Part shown: positions 24,935 through 34,771 of the stretch, one piece after another
Layout of the letters: each line of letters starts with the position of its first letter
Position numbering within the stretch: position 1 is the stretch's first letter
NCBI GenBank assembly: GCA_963849655.1
Contig: CAWKJK010000055.1
Span: 64 to 64,063 of the forward strand
DNA: 64,000 nt
Origin: an uncultured Nitrospiraceae bacterium
Lineage (GTDB): Bacteria; Nitrospirota; Nitrospiria; Nitrospirales; Nitrospiraceae
Direction of reading: 5' to 3'
Notes under the pieces: model-generated
Seen by the model: the letters and a program-made list of their open reading frames with translations, nothing else
Told to the model about the DNA's origin: nothing
Databases searched by the model: none
Translations under genes and position numbers: made by a program

Positions 24935-25031
24935 TACCCATTACTTGTGTATCTCCCTAAACACCCGTTCGCAAACGATCAAGGTTCTCTCCTCTGAATA
25001 GGTACAAATGGTATTACCCATTAGTAGGGTA
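24935..25031. promoter_or_regulatory. Two copies of a 17-bp imperfect palindrome TACCCATTA(C/G)T(T/A)G(T/G)GTA
   Basis: TACCCATTACTTGTGTA (24935-24951) and TACCCATTAGTAGGGTA (25015-25031) in the divergent regulator/EPS intergenic region. Confidence 0.55.
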
Positions 25032-25375
25032 TGCACAGTTGAGTCCATCGTACATATCCAATTTATTGAATACGCTATCTTATTCTCATTTTTTTGCCGG
25101 TCGCATGACTCTCTCGGGACCTATCAGTAAGGCAAACGTATTGATAGGCGCTATTACAGCCAGATAAAGCGAACCTCCAATACTTGATCGGACGTAGTGG
25201 TCCCAGCGGCGAATCGTTCAGACAAATGTGCTGGTGGCACTACACGAAAACTCGACATTTATCTTATGGTTTAGTGGCATCAGCCCTGGTACTACATAGG
25301 GCCCTCAGTACCTACTCAATACGGCTGAACAGCCGTATTTTCATGAAAAGAAAGTGGGACTCACGGGGCGAAGCT

Positions 25376-25951
25376 ATGGTCGCTACTTATAAAGACGAGC
25401 GCATCGCACGGTATGCACAGGTAATGGTACCGAAGGTAGAACAGGAAACAGCGGCGAAGACTGATCGCCAATGGTATGCCATCCAGACCCATTCTCGCCA
25501 CGAGAAACAGGTCCGGGACAGACTGCTGGCAGTGGGGATAGAGCCTTTGCTTCCGTTAGGCAAGCAATGTCGCCAATGGTCTGATCGCAAAGTGTGGACG
25601 ATGCTTCCATTATTCAGCGGGTATTGCTTTGCCAACTTTGCGTTAGACACGAGCCTTGCTGTTCTACAAACACCGGGTATCGTTCGCATTGTCGGCACGT
25701 TGAGACCCGAACCCATTCCAGCAGAAGAAATCGCCGTTCTCCAACAAGTTTCGTCGGTCAACCTCATGATGGAACCGTGCGACTACCTGACAGAAGGCGC
25801 ATGGGTGGAAGTGATACGAGGTCCGCTTGTCGGTCTCCGCGGCCAACTCGTACGACGGGCGAATCACCACGGATTGGTGATCCGCGCCTCCCTCCTTCAG
25901 CAAGCTGCGCTCATCCACATAGGAATCGACGAGGTTGTACCTGTGCAGTGA
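25376..25951 (+). CDS. UpxY/LoaP-type NusG-paralog transcription antiterminator
   Basis: WYAIQTHSRHEKQV, RQWSDRK, PLFSGYCF, KOW motif GAWVEVIRGPLVGLRG; first gene of a long EPS operon. Confidence 0.9.
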   Translation: MVATYKDERIARYAQVMVPKVEQETAAKTDRQWYAIQTHSRHEKQVRDRLLAVGIEPLLPLGKQCRQWSDRKVWTMLPLFSGYCFANFALDTSLAVLQTPGIVRIVGTLRPEPIPAEEIAVLQQVSSVNLMMEPCDYLTEGAWVEVIRGPLVGLRGQLVRRANHHGLVIRASLLQQAALIHIGIDEVVPVQ

Positions 25952-26014
25952 ACCTTCCATTTTCCCTTCCCCGCCTCCCGCGAATGTGGGTTGACGACAG
26001 GGAAACCGACAGTC

Positions 26015-26296
26015 ATGCCCAAACTCCGCTTTACCCGAGATCAGATAAAAGTCATGGTCCTGGAACTAGACGCCGGTCAGATGGTCGGAGAGATCTCACG
26101 TCGGTATGGTATTTCCGTGAGCACCCTCTACCGGTGGCGGGCGAAGTTGGCCAACGAGCAACAACCGGATGATAAAGAGCGGTTACGTTCATTAGAGGAT
26201 GAACATCGACGGCTGAAAAAGCAATTTGCCGAGCTCACGCTCGATTACGCAACGCTCCGGGCAGCCTTGATCAGAGATGTGAGGGGAGACTGTTAG
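26015..26296 (+). CDS. Stand-alone IS3-family OrfA-like HTH/leucine-zipper protein (93 aa), no OrfB
   Basis: RFTRDQI...EISRRYGISVSTLYRWRAK...RLRSLEDEHRRLKKQFAELTLD matches the IS3/IS407 OrfA pattern; no DDE domain downstream. Confidence 0.8.
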   Translation: MPKLRFTRDQIKVMVLELDAGQMVGEISRRYGISVSTLYRWRAKLANEQQPDDKERLRSLEDEHRRLKKQFAELTLDYATLRAALIRDVRGDC

Positions 26297-26426
26297 ACGG
26301 AAAGTGTTGCTGAAGCAGTGAACGGTTATGCCTGTAGGTCTTCAGCGAAGTGATGAAACTGGGCGATCGGATCGATGTGCCCTCGAAATCCATGAGGCTC
26401 TCGCCATGAAAAGGAAGGAGATGAGC

Positions 26427-27044
26427 ATGGCCAAAGCGTTCATCGGTGCGCTGGCCCTTGCGACTGGGATGAGCATAGTTGGTTGCGCCGGACCCTCTGC
26501 AGAAGTCATCGCCGAAGCCAACAGCGCCAAGAAGGATTTTGTATTGGGACCTGAAGACGTGCTTGATATTGCAGTGTGGCGCAGTGAAGACCTCACGCAG
26601 AAAGGCATTGTGGTGAGGCCAGACGGCAATATTTCGATGCCGTTGATCGGAGAAATTGAGGCGAGTGGGCGAACAGCCCAGGAATTGGCCACACACATTA
26701 CCGAGCGGCTGAAAGCCTACAAGGAAAAGCCGTCAGTGCATGTCAAAGTCAAAGAGGTCAACAGTTACTATGTGTATGTCATAGGAGACGTTGCAAAGCC
26801 GGGCAAGTATCAAGTCAAGTCGCACGCAACGGTGCTGCAAGCCATCGCCATGGCCGGAGGATTCACCCCCTATGCTGCGAAGAACAATCTGCAAGTGCGC
26901 CGCACGGTGGTCGGACAAGACGGCCGCTCCAAAGAATTCAAGATTCCTGCTCGATATGATGAGCTGCTGTCCGGAGACGGAGAAATCAAAGACTTTGTAT
27001 TGAAGACCGGCGACATGGTCGTGGTGCCCGGCAGAGCATGGTAG
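26427..27044 (+). CDS. wza: Short polysaccharide export (OPX) lipoprotein, Poly_export + SLBB
   Basis: Lipobox IVG-C; LGPEDVL, VRPDGNISMPLIGEI, VIGDVAKPG, AIAMAGGFT, LKTGDMVVVP; about 205 aa. Confidence 0.9.
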   Translation: MAKAFIGALALATGMSIVGCAGPSAEVIAEANSAKKDFVLGPEDVLDIAVWRSEDLTQKGIVVRPDGNISMPLIGEIEASGRTAQELATHITERLKAYKEKPSVHVKVKEVNSYYVYVIGDVAKPGKYQVKSHATVLQAIAMAGGFTPYAAKNNLQVRRTVVGQDGRSKEFKIPARYDELLSGDGEIKDFVLKTGDMVVVPGRAW

Positions 27045-27050
27045 CAAGGC

Positions 27051-28328
27051 ATGGGGTGGCAAGGCCGTGGAATGAGAAGCTGCCTCGCTCTGGTCGCTAT
27101 GTATGGAATAACGATGCAAATTCCCACTAGGGTGCAAGCGCAATCCTCTTCTGCACTCGTGTCGGACACGAAATCTGTAGGCGCACCGGACACGCAGATT
27201 ATTCCGTCACTCAGCGTGGCCGAGCGGTATGACAGCAACGTCTATTTTGTGCGCGGTGAGAATGTTGAAGACTACGTCACGACGGTTTCGCCGCAACTAA
27301 CACTGAGCCACAGGAATCAATGGGTAGATGGAGTGGTCAGTGGGGGAGCGGTAGGGGCGATCTATGCTAAGAATTCGGGGCTCAATTACGTGGGAGGCAA
27401 TGGAACTGTGGACTTGAACCTGGACGGAGCGATGAACCGGCTTGTTCAGGGGTTGGGATTACGCGTGGGAGATTCTATTTATTATGCTCCTCAATTGCCG
27501 GCATATTCAGCTCCTTCCAGCGCGGTGCAAGGCAACGAGCTCTTTGTCCGAGGGCTCCAGGCACAGCGTGCCAACGCCTTCAGAAATACCGCCACGGTGC
27601 AGGGCTCCTATTCCCTGTCTTCATGGATGAGCGTCACCTCGACTTATACCGATCAACTGTTGCGATTTGGGCAACCAATCGCCGCTCCAGGCGGATCCGT
27701 ACAGGGAAGACTCCTCGATACCGATTTTCAAACCGTGGCATCAGGACCGGTCATCAAACTATCGCCGTCCGACACCATCTCGCTTTCTCACCTGTATCAA
27801 CATGCAACGTTCAAGACTGGGGAAACGCAAGGGTCTTTTTCCGTTCAAGGAGCCAGTGGAAAATGGTCCAGGTTGATGACTCCAGCCCTCCAGGCCACAG
27901 TCGAAGGAGGGTTTGCAGTGATAAGCCCAAGCGGCAACGTGCAGCCGACGGGTGCTGTCTCCCTGAGGTGGCAGGGTGAGTACACGACTGTCCTGGTATC
28001 CTATTCGCGAGTCATCACTCCGAGTTTCTTATTTGTGTCGACGCCTTTGATGAGCCAAGTCGTGAGTGGAACAGTGACGCGACGGATAACCGATGCCTTG
28101 TCTCTCTCGGTGGATGGAGGCTATGCCGTCAACGAATCCGTGCCGGATAGTTCTCTCTTACGGTTTAAGTCCTATGCCATCTCGCCCAGCATCAATTACA
28201 TGCTTAGTAAGACTTTCACGGCCACGCTATCCTATACCCACAGCCAATTCGAGCAGACTTCGGCTTTCGAGAGATTACCCTTTGACCGGAATATGGTTCA
28301 ACTCGGCTTGATGGCGGAATGGAAATGA
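27051..28328 (+). CDS. Outer-membrane beta-barrel protein associated with polysaccharide export
   Basis: Signal-like N-terminus, ERYDSNVY motif, alternating amphipathic strands, aromatic penultimate residue (AEWK); located between OPX and Wzc. Confidence 0.75.
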   Translation: MGWQGRGMRSCLALVAMYGITMQIPTRVQAQSSSALVSDTKSVGAPDTQIIPSLSVAERYDSNVYFVRGENVEDYVTTVSPQLTLSHRNQWVDGVVSGGAVGAIYAKNSGLNYVGGNGTVDLNLDGAMNRLVQGLGLRVGDSIYYAPQLPAYSAPSSAVQGNELFVRGLQAQRANAFRNTATVQGSYSLSSWMSVTSTYTDQLLRFGQPIAAPGGSVQGRLLDTDFQTVASGPVIKLSPSDTISLSHLYQHATFKTGETQGSFSVQGASGKWSRLMTPALQATVEGGFAVISPSGNVQPTGAVSLRWQGEYTTVLVSYSRVITPSFLFVSTPLMSQVVSGTVTRRITDALSLSVDGGYAVNESVPDSSLLRFKSYAISPSINYMLSKTFTATLSYTHSQFEQTSAFERLPFDRNMVQLGLMAEWK

Positions 28329-30667
28329 GCATGAACGATACCGAGACGCCTGCTGACCTCGATCCACCGAGAGAACCGTTGTCGGTACAGATGCGGGAGT
28401 ATTGGGGCAACATCCTCCGCCGGAAATGGCTCGTGCTCGGCTCTGTTGTGGCCGGAATCGCTATGGCGGCAGCACTTTGCATGGTCCTGCCGAAGAGCTA
28501 TCGCTCCAACACCTTGATCCTCATTGAAAATCAGAAGATCCCCGAGGATTACGTCAAGGGAATCGGAGGGGCAAGCGTCGAACAGCGCCTCACGATGATT
28601 CAGCAACAGGTGATGAGCCGTACCATCCTGAGTCAGATTTTGGACGAGTACGACCTCTATGAGAGACAGGTCGAGCGGGAGGGCATCGAATCGGCCATTG
28701 AGACTTTGCGTAAAATGATCAAAGTGGAGACCGTAGGCACCCTCGGCGCGTTAGGCAAGAGCGTCGAGGCGGTCACCCTTTCATTTGCTCACGAAGATCC
28801 GACGACGGCCATGAAAGTGACAGAGGCGCTCGCTTCGCTATTTATCGAGGAAAATGTCAAAGCACGAGCACAGCTGGTGACCGGGGTGTCCGTCTTTCTC
28901 GAGCAAGAGTTGTTTGAGGCGAAGAAAGCTCTGGAGGCACAAGAAGAGGCAATCAGCAAGTACAAGACAAAATTCATGGGTCAGTTGCCGGAGCAAATGG
29001 AGGCGAATCTGCGAGCCTTGGATCGACTGCAAACGGAACTGACTGCGACGGATGACCTGCTCCACGGTCAAGGTGATCGCTTGAGCAGGACCGAAAAATC
29101 AATCAAGGAGTACGAAGCCGGTGGAACCGCCGGTGCCGATTCCGACAATCCCAAATCGGTGAATACAGTCATGGATCCGCTGGTGGCTCGCTTGCACGAA
29201 TTAGAGCGGCGGCTGACCTCGCTCCGGATCGAATGGAAGGAGACCTATCCCAACATCGCCGACACGAAGCAGGAGATTGATGCCGTCAAGGCTCAGCTGG
29301 CCGAGAAATACAACGCGCAGACGACCGAGAAGGACGGCGAGAGCACAAGAACCTATGATCCTTATTTAAAAGAGCTGTTGAAACAGCGAAACGAATTACG
29401 CACTGATCTGTCAGGGATCAAAGATCGTCGAGCCAGGTTGCTGGAACAAATCAAGGATATGGAACGACGTGTGGAACAGATACCGTCGCGCGAACAAGAG
29501 TTGATGATCTTGGTGCGCGACTACGAAAACAGGAAAAAGAACTACCAAGCCTTACTGGATAAACGATTGAATGCTCATGTGGCGGAAAATCTTGAAAAAC
29601 GTCAACAAGGAGAACAGTTCCGTGTGCTGGACCCGGCGAATCTGCCGCAGAAGCCGGAGAAACCGAATCGCATAGTGATCATGATAGTCGGCTTGATAGG
29701 AGGATGTGGACTCGGTGTCGGTCTTGCGGTCGGTCTAGATCTGTTGAATCCGACCTTTCGACGTCGAGAAGAGGTGGAAGTCATGCCGGGCATCCAAGTG
29801 CTCGCGACCATACCTCAGTTCTTCACCTTGAGCCCTCAGATCAGCGCAATATCGAGGACCGGCTCTCGGATGACCGATGACGGTAGCTCCGGCGTGACGG
29901 CGGTAACAATAGCAGCGAAGGTCATGCCATGGGCGTCATCAGGAAATAGGAGCGAATTCAATCCAACAAACCTGAATCTGGTCGCCAAGTGGCAACCTCG
30001 TTCGATTGCCGCCGAACAATATCGAATGGCCGCCACGAGATTGGTCCTCTCAACCGAGGGACGCCATTCCACGGTCGTCGAAATCACCAGTGCATTGATG
30101 GGAGAGGGTAAGACGACCACGGTGGTGAATCTAGGCTATACCATCGCGCGAGATTTCAGAAAAAAGACCCTGCTTATCGATTGCGACTTCCAACGTCCGG
30201 CCCTCCATCACTATGCCAGGATGCCCACTCGAGCAGGCTTGATCGAGTTCTTGAATGGTCAGGCTTCACTCGATGAGTGTGTGTCGGTGATCGATGAATG
30301 TCCGTGCTTTATCCTGACGGCGGGTGGAGCGAGCAACGAATGTAATGAGCTTGGGATCATTCAACAGCTGAAAACGATGCTTCCGGAGCTTCGCGCGAAA
30401 TTTCAATATCTCATTATCAATACGCCACCCGTCTTGGCCAGCGCGACTATGGGCATCTTGGCGAGCTTGGCTGATGAGCTTGTGTGGGTGATTCGCGCAG
30501 GACATACGCCCAAACATCTGGTGCAAAAGGCCTTCATGATGCTGAGCCTAACAGCGCAACGGCAAGTGATTCTCAACGGGCTCGATGTGCATAGTATGTC
30601 ACACCATTTGTACGCATATGCCATGCCCTATGGCCGTGTCCGTTCGGTCGAGAGTGTGAGGCAGTAG
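28325..30667 (+). CDS. wzc: Polysaccharide co-polymerase / tyrosine-kinase-like protein
   Basis: Two TM segments around a coiled coil, VLDPANLP.KP.KP, EQYR, GEGKTT, LLIDCD, C-terminal YAYAMPY. Confidence 0.92.
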   Translation: MSMNDTETPADLDPPREPLSVQMREYWGNILRRKWLVLGSVVAGIAMAAALCMVLPKSYRSNTLILIENQKIPEDYVKGIGGASVEQRLTMIQQQVMSRTILSQILDEYDLYERQVEREGIESAIETLRKMIKVETVGTLGALGKSVEAVTLSFAHEDPTTAMKVTEALASLFIEENVKARAQLVTGVSVFLEQELFEAKKALEAQEEAISKYKTKFMGQLPEQMEANLRALDRLQTELTATDDLLHGQGDRLSRTEKSIKEYEAGGTAGADSDNPKSVNTVMDPLVARLHELERRLTSLRIEWKETYPNIADTKQEIDAVKAQLAEKYNAQTTEKDGESTRTYDPYLKELLKQRNELRTDLSGIKDRRARLLEQIKDMERRVEQIPSREQELMILVRDYENRKKNYQALLDKRLNAHVAENLEKRQQGEQFRVLDPANLPQKPEKPNRIVIMIVGLIGGCGLGVGLAVGLDLLNPTFRRREEVEVMPGIQVLATIPQFFTLSPQISAISRTGSRMTDDGSSGVTAVTIAAKVMPWASSGNRSEFNPTNLNLVAKWQPRSIAAEQYRMAATRLVLSTEGRHSTVVEITSALMGEGKTTTVVNLGYTIARDFRKKTLLIDCDFQRPALHHYARMPTRAGLIEFLNGQASLDECVSVIDECPCFILTAGGASNECNELGIIQQLKTMLPELRAKFQYLIINTPPVLASATMGILASLADELVWVIRAGHTPKHLVQKAFMMLSLTAQRQVILNGLDVHSMSHHLYAYAMPYGRVRSVESVRQ

Positions 30668-30900
30668 GGCATAAGAGTCATCCTCGAAGCTCACGTCACC
30701 AATTATCTCGCAATAACTCTCACTTCCTATTCCGACTCAGCTGCGCCCGTTTGCGATGCATGGGCGTTATGGCGGCTGAACTCATCATTGTGGAGAATTC
30801 GATGGAACACACGACGGAGCGAGCTTCCGGACATACGGACCATGGCACCCATGACAGTGAATTGGCTATCCATCTGCCGCTTCGCGTGATGGAGCTGGAG

Positions 30901-31410
30901 ATGAGTGCGGCGCCGATCAACGGGTATCTCTGCATCGCGCCTGATGTCAGGGTTGGGATCAACGTGAAGTTCTCCAAGTTCGTTAACCTCTACGGATGTG
31001 AAGTGGGTGACGACACCAAGATAGGAGCGTTTGTTGAAATTCAGAAGAATGCCAAGGTCGGCAAACGGTGCAAAATCTCGAGCCACACGTTCATCTGCGA
31101 GGGCGTGACGATCGAAGATGAGGTCTTTATCGGACATAACGTCACGTTTGTGAACGACACCTTCCCTCGCGCGACCACCGAAGCGGGCTCTCTACAAACC
31201 GAGGCGGATTGGAAAGTCGAAACAACATTGGTGAAGCGTGGTGCATCGATCGGTTCCGGCGCGACGATTCTTGCCGATGTGGTGATCGGGGAATATGCGC
31301 TGATCGGGGCCGGTGCGGTCGTGACGAAGGATGTGCCGGCACATGCCGTCGTCGCGGGGAATCCAGGCAGGGTGGTGCGATATGTCAAGTCGGGAGGCAG
31401 CCATGATTAA
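30901..31410 (+). CDS. Hexapeptide-repeat sugar N-acyltransferase (WbpD/WxcM-like)
   Basis: IGAFVEIQK, ISSHTFICEGVTIED, GASIGSGATI, VVTKDVP...GNP. Confidence 0.88.
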   Translation: MSAAPINGYLCIAPDVRVGINVKFSKFVNLYGCEVGDDTKIGAFVEIQKNAKVGKRCKISSHTFICEGVTIEDEVFIGHNVTFVNDTFPRATTEAGSLQTEADWKVETTLVKRGASIGSGATILADVVIGEYALIGAGAVVTKDVPAHAVVAGNPGRVVRYVKSGGSHD

Positions 31411-32592
31411 AGAGGACATCCCCTTTCTGGATCTGATCACGGTTCATCGGGAGTTGCAGGATGAATTCGTCGAAGTACTGAAGACCGTCCTGAAGAGCGC
31501 GGGATTTATCGGTGGGCCGATGGTGCAAGGATTTGAAGAGGATTTCTCTCATTTCTGCGAAGCCAGATTCTGCATCGGTGTCGGAAGCGGTACAGACGCC
31601 CTTCGGTTCACCTTGATTGCCGCCGGTGTGAAGCCAGGGTGTATCGTTATTACGGTTCCCAATACGTTTATTGCCACGACCGAAGCTGTTTCCCAAGCGG
31701 GCGCTCAACCGGATTTCGTCGACATTGATCCAAAAACGTATGCGATGGATCCTGGCAAATTGCGTGAGTATCTGGAGCACAAGTGCAGGTGGAATACGAA
31801 GACACGACAAGTCATTCATAACGCGACTGGTAAGCGAGTTACGGCCGTCGTTCCCGTTCATCTCTATGGGCAGATGGCTGATATGGATCCGATTTTGGAT
31901 ATTTGCGCCTACTATAACTTAAAGGTAATTGAAGACGCGTGTCAGGCACAGGGAGCGGAATATTTCTCACAAAGAATAATCGCTGGCACAAGGCCGGCTC
32001 GATGGGACATGCCGCCGCGTTCAGTTTTTATCCGGGCAAGAACTGCCGTGGCGAGCAGGGGCGGTCACGACCAATAACGATGAGATCGCGCAGACATGCC
32101 GACTCTTGCGCGACCATGGGCAATCAAAGAAATATTTCCATGATATTGAAGGCTACAACGGCCGCCTTGATGCTATCCAGGCCGGTTTCTTGCGCGTCAA
32201 ACTACACCATCTACCGAAATGGAATTAACAACGCCGACAGGCGGCGGAGCGTTACGATAAATTGTTTGCCGGAGCAGAAGGCATCGTGACGTTGCCGTAT
32301 CAGCCGAGCTGGTCGCGGTCGGTCTATCACCTCTATGTTGTACAGGTCGAGGATCGTGCTCGGCTACAGAAGCAACTCAACGATGTGGGCATCGGGACAG
32401 GAATTCACTATCCGGTGGTATTGCACTTGACGAAAGCCTATGAAGGGCTCGGCTTCCAGCTTGGGGACTTTCCGATCGCCGAGAAGTCTGCCGCGCATAT
32501 CCTATCGCTTCCGATGTTCCCTGGTCACCCCGGACCAGCAGGAGAGAGTGGCCACGGAAGTTCTGAAGTCTCTCGTCAACAACCAGTCGTAG
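31403..32592 (+). CDS. DegT/DnrJ/EryC1/StrS aminotransferase (frameshifted)
   Basis: IPFLDL, GSGTDAL, TFIAT, PVHLYGQ, IEDACQA, FSFYPGKN, GIHYP, LSLPMFP. Confidence 0.92.
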
Positions 32593-32626
32593 ATCCGGGT
32601 GCCCTCTGCGGGGAAGGATTGGCCAC

Positions 32627-33867
32627 ATGGACACTAAGAGTTGCTTGTTCTGCAGCGCGCCATTACGAAAAACCTTTGTGGACCTTGGGATGCATCCCCT
32701 TTGCGAAAGCTATGTCAGCGAAGACAAGCTCAATCAAATGGAACCCTTCTATCCACTACACGTGTTTGTCTGTGATAAGTGCTTTCTGGTTCAGTTGCAT
32801 GAGTATGTCAGTCCTGCCGAGATCTTTACTGAATATGCCTACTTTTCTTCTTATGCCGACAGTTGGGTGCAACATGCAAAACGGTATACGGAGATGATCG
32901 TCGAGCGGCTCAAGCTGACGGAGAAGAGTTTTGTCGTCGAACTCGCCAGCAATGATGGCTACTTGTTGCAGCATTTTGTAGCCAAGGGCATTCCTGTCTT
33001 AGGAGTTGAGCCGGCGGCCAATGTTGCGGAAGCAGCGAGGAAAAAGAATGTTCCCACGTTGGTCAAGTTCTTCGGCAGGCAACACGGCAATGAGCTGGTT
33101 GCCGAGCGCGGGAAGGCAGATCTCGTGCTTGGGAACAATGTCCTTGGCTCAAGTTCCCGATATCAACGACTTTGTCGGCGGGGATTAAGGTTCTTCTTGC
33201 TCCTCGCGGAGTGGTCACCATTGAGTTCCCTCACCTGATGAGATTGATGGAGGAAAATCAGTTCGATACCATTTACCACGAGCATTTCTTCTACTTTTCG
33301 TTGATGAGCGCCGAACGGATCTTTGCGGCACATGGGCTGACTTTGTTCGATGTGGAAGAACTGCCGACGCACGGGGGATCGCTTCGTATCTATGGTCGTC
33401 ATGCCGAGGATGAAACCCATAGCCGGTGACGGAACGGTATCGGGAGCTGATGCAGGAGAGAGAAGGCGGCCGGTTTCGACGCCTCGACACCTATGCGCTT
33501 TGGCTGAAAAGGTGAAGGAGACGAAGAGAAAGTTACTTGAATTCCTGATCGAAGCCAAGCGGAAGGGGAAAACAATTGCAGGGTATGGGGCGCCGGGGAA
33601 AGGCAATACGTCTGCTGAACTATTGCGGCGTGCGCGGCGATTTCATTGACTATACCGTCGATCGCAATACGTATAAGCAAGGCAAGTTCCTTCCTGGTAC
33701 CCACATCCCTATTTTCCCGCCTGATAAGATCAGAGAAACAAAGCCGGACTACGTGTTGATTTTGCCCTGGAATTTTAAGGACGAAATCATGGATCAGGTC
33801 GGCTATATTCGTGAGTGGGGAGGACAGTTTGTCGTTCCGATTCCAGAGGTGTCGCGTCTATTCCTGA
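32627..33867 (+). CDS. NDP-sugar C-methyltransferase with N-terminal Zn-binding domain (frameshifted)
   Basis: CLFC...CDKCFLVQL, YAYFSSY, ELASNDGYLL, DTIYHEH, THGGSLR, GYGAPGKGNT, ILPWNF. Confidence 0.9.
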
Positions 33868-33882
33868 GCGTGAGATTGTGCG

Positions 33883-34413
33883 ATGATCTTTTTAGAAACG
33901 CCTCTCCATGGGGCATATGTGATCGAGGTCGAGAAGCATGAGGATGAGCGGGGGTTCTTTCGCTCGCTCATGGTGCGAGAAGGAGTTTCCTCCAAAGGTC
34001 TTGAGACGAAATTGGTTCAGTGCAATGTCTCGTTCAATCAGAGGAAAGGGACATTGAGAGGCTTCACTATCAGATGCCGCCTCACGCCGAGGCGAAGCTC
34101 GTCCGATGCACAAGAGGAGCTCTCTATCGATGTGATCGTTGATCTCAGAGCGGATTCACCCACATTCCTGAAGTGGTTTGCGAGTGGAGCTCACCGCGTA
34201 CGAATTATCGGATGTTGTACATTCCACAGCGCTTCGCCCATGGCTTTCAGACACTGGAGGACGGAACTGAAATCTTCTATCAGATGTCGGAGTTTTATGC
34301 TCCCCAGTCGGCGAGAGCGAATTCTCTGGAATGACCCTCGCCTCGGAATAAACTGGCCGGAAGCGGATCGTACTATCTCGAAAAAAGACCGGACGACGTT
34401 CGATCTCGATTGA
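33883..34413 (+). CDS. rfbC: NDP-4-keto-6-deoxyhexose 3,5-epimerase (frameshifted)
   Basis: DERGFF, QCNVSFN..KGTLRG, VDLRADSPTF, AHGFQTL, WNDPRLGINWP. Confidence 0.85.
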   Translation: MIFLETPLHGAYVIEVEKHEDERGFFRSLMVREGVSSKGLETKLVQCNVSFNQRKGTLRGFTIRCRLTPRRSSSDAQEELSIDVIVDLRADSPTFLKWFASGAHRVRIIGCCTFHSASPMAFRHWRTELKSSIRCRSFMLPSRRERILWNDPRLGINWPEADRTISKKDRTTFDLD

Positions 34414-34771
34414 GCCTTTGCCGGTCTGTAACGTATGCGTGACATCCTCATAGCGATACCTCCTATTCGGTTCTGAACTGTCAGATTAATTGGTGAATCC
34501 TCATCTAATGAGCTCTCGTCAGGTAACGCTTGTGCGAGAGTCACGACGAACGATTACCTAGGAATTGCCAGCCTCACTCACGTCCACTCAGATATCCTGC
34601 GCATATACGAACTGTGAGCGTCGCGTTCACGCCCGTGACGTTCGAACGTCAAGACATCGTCGATCGCATCATTGATCTCACTCAGCCTAGGGTTGTGTAG
34701 TATCACTACGAGTTAGTTCAGTCGCAGTGATCGCAGGCGACAACATCAAAGCTTGAAAGGGGTAGTATTCC

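Noticed and set aside
25950-26330. Complete IS3-family element
   Set aside because: No OrfB/DDE domain, no slippery site, no matching terminal inverted repeats or target duplication.
30751-30900. His-rich N-terminal extension of the acyltransferase
   Set aside because: A GGAG-containing upstream sequence and family-like residues begin near 30889-30901; the extension is probably not translated.
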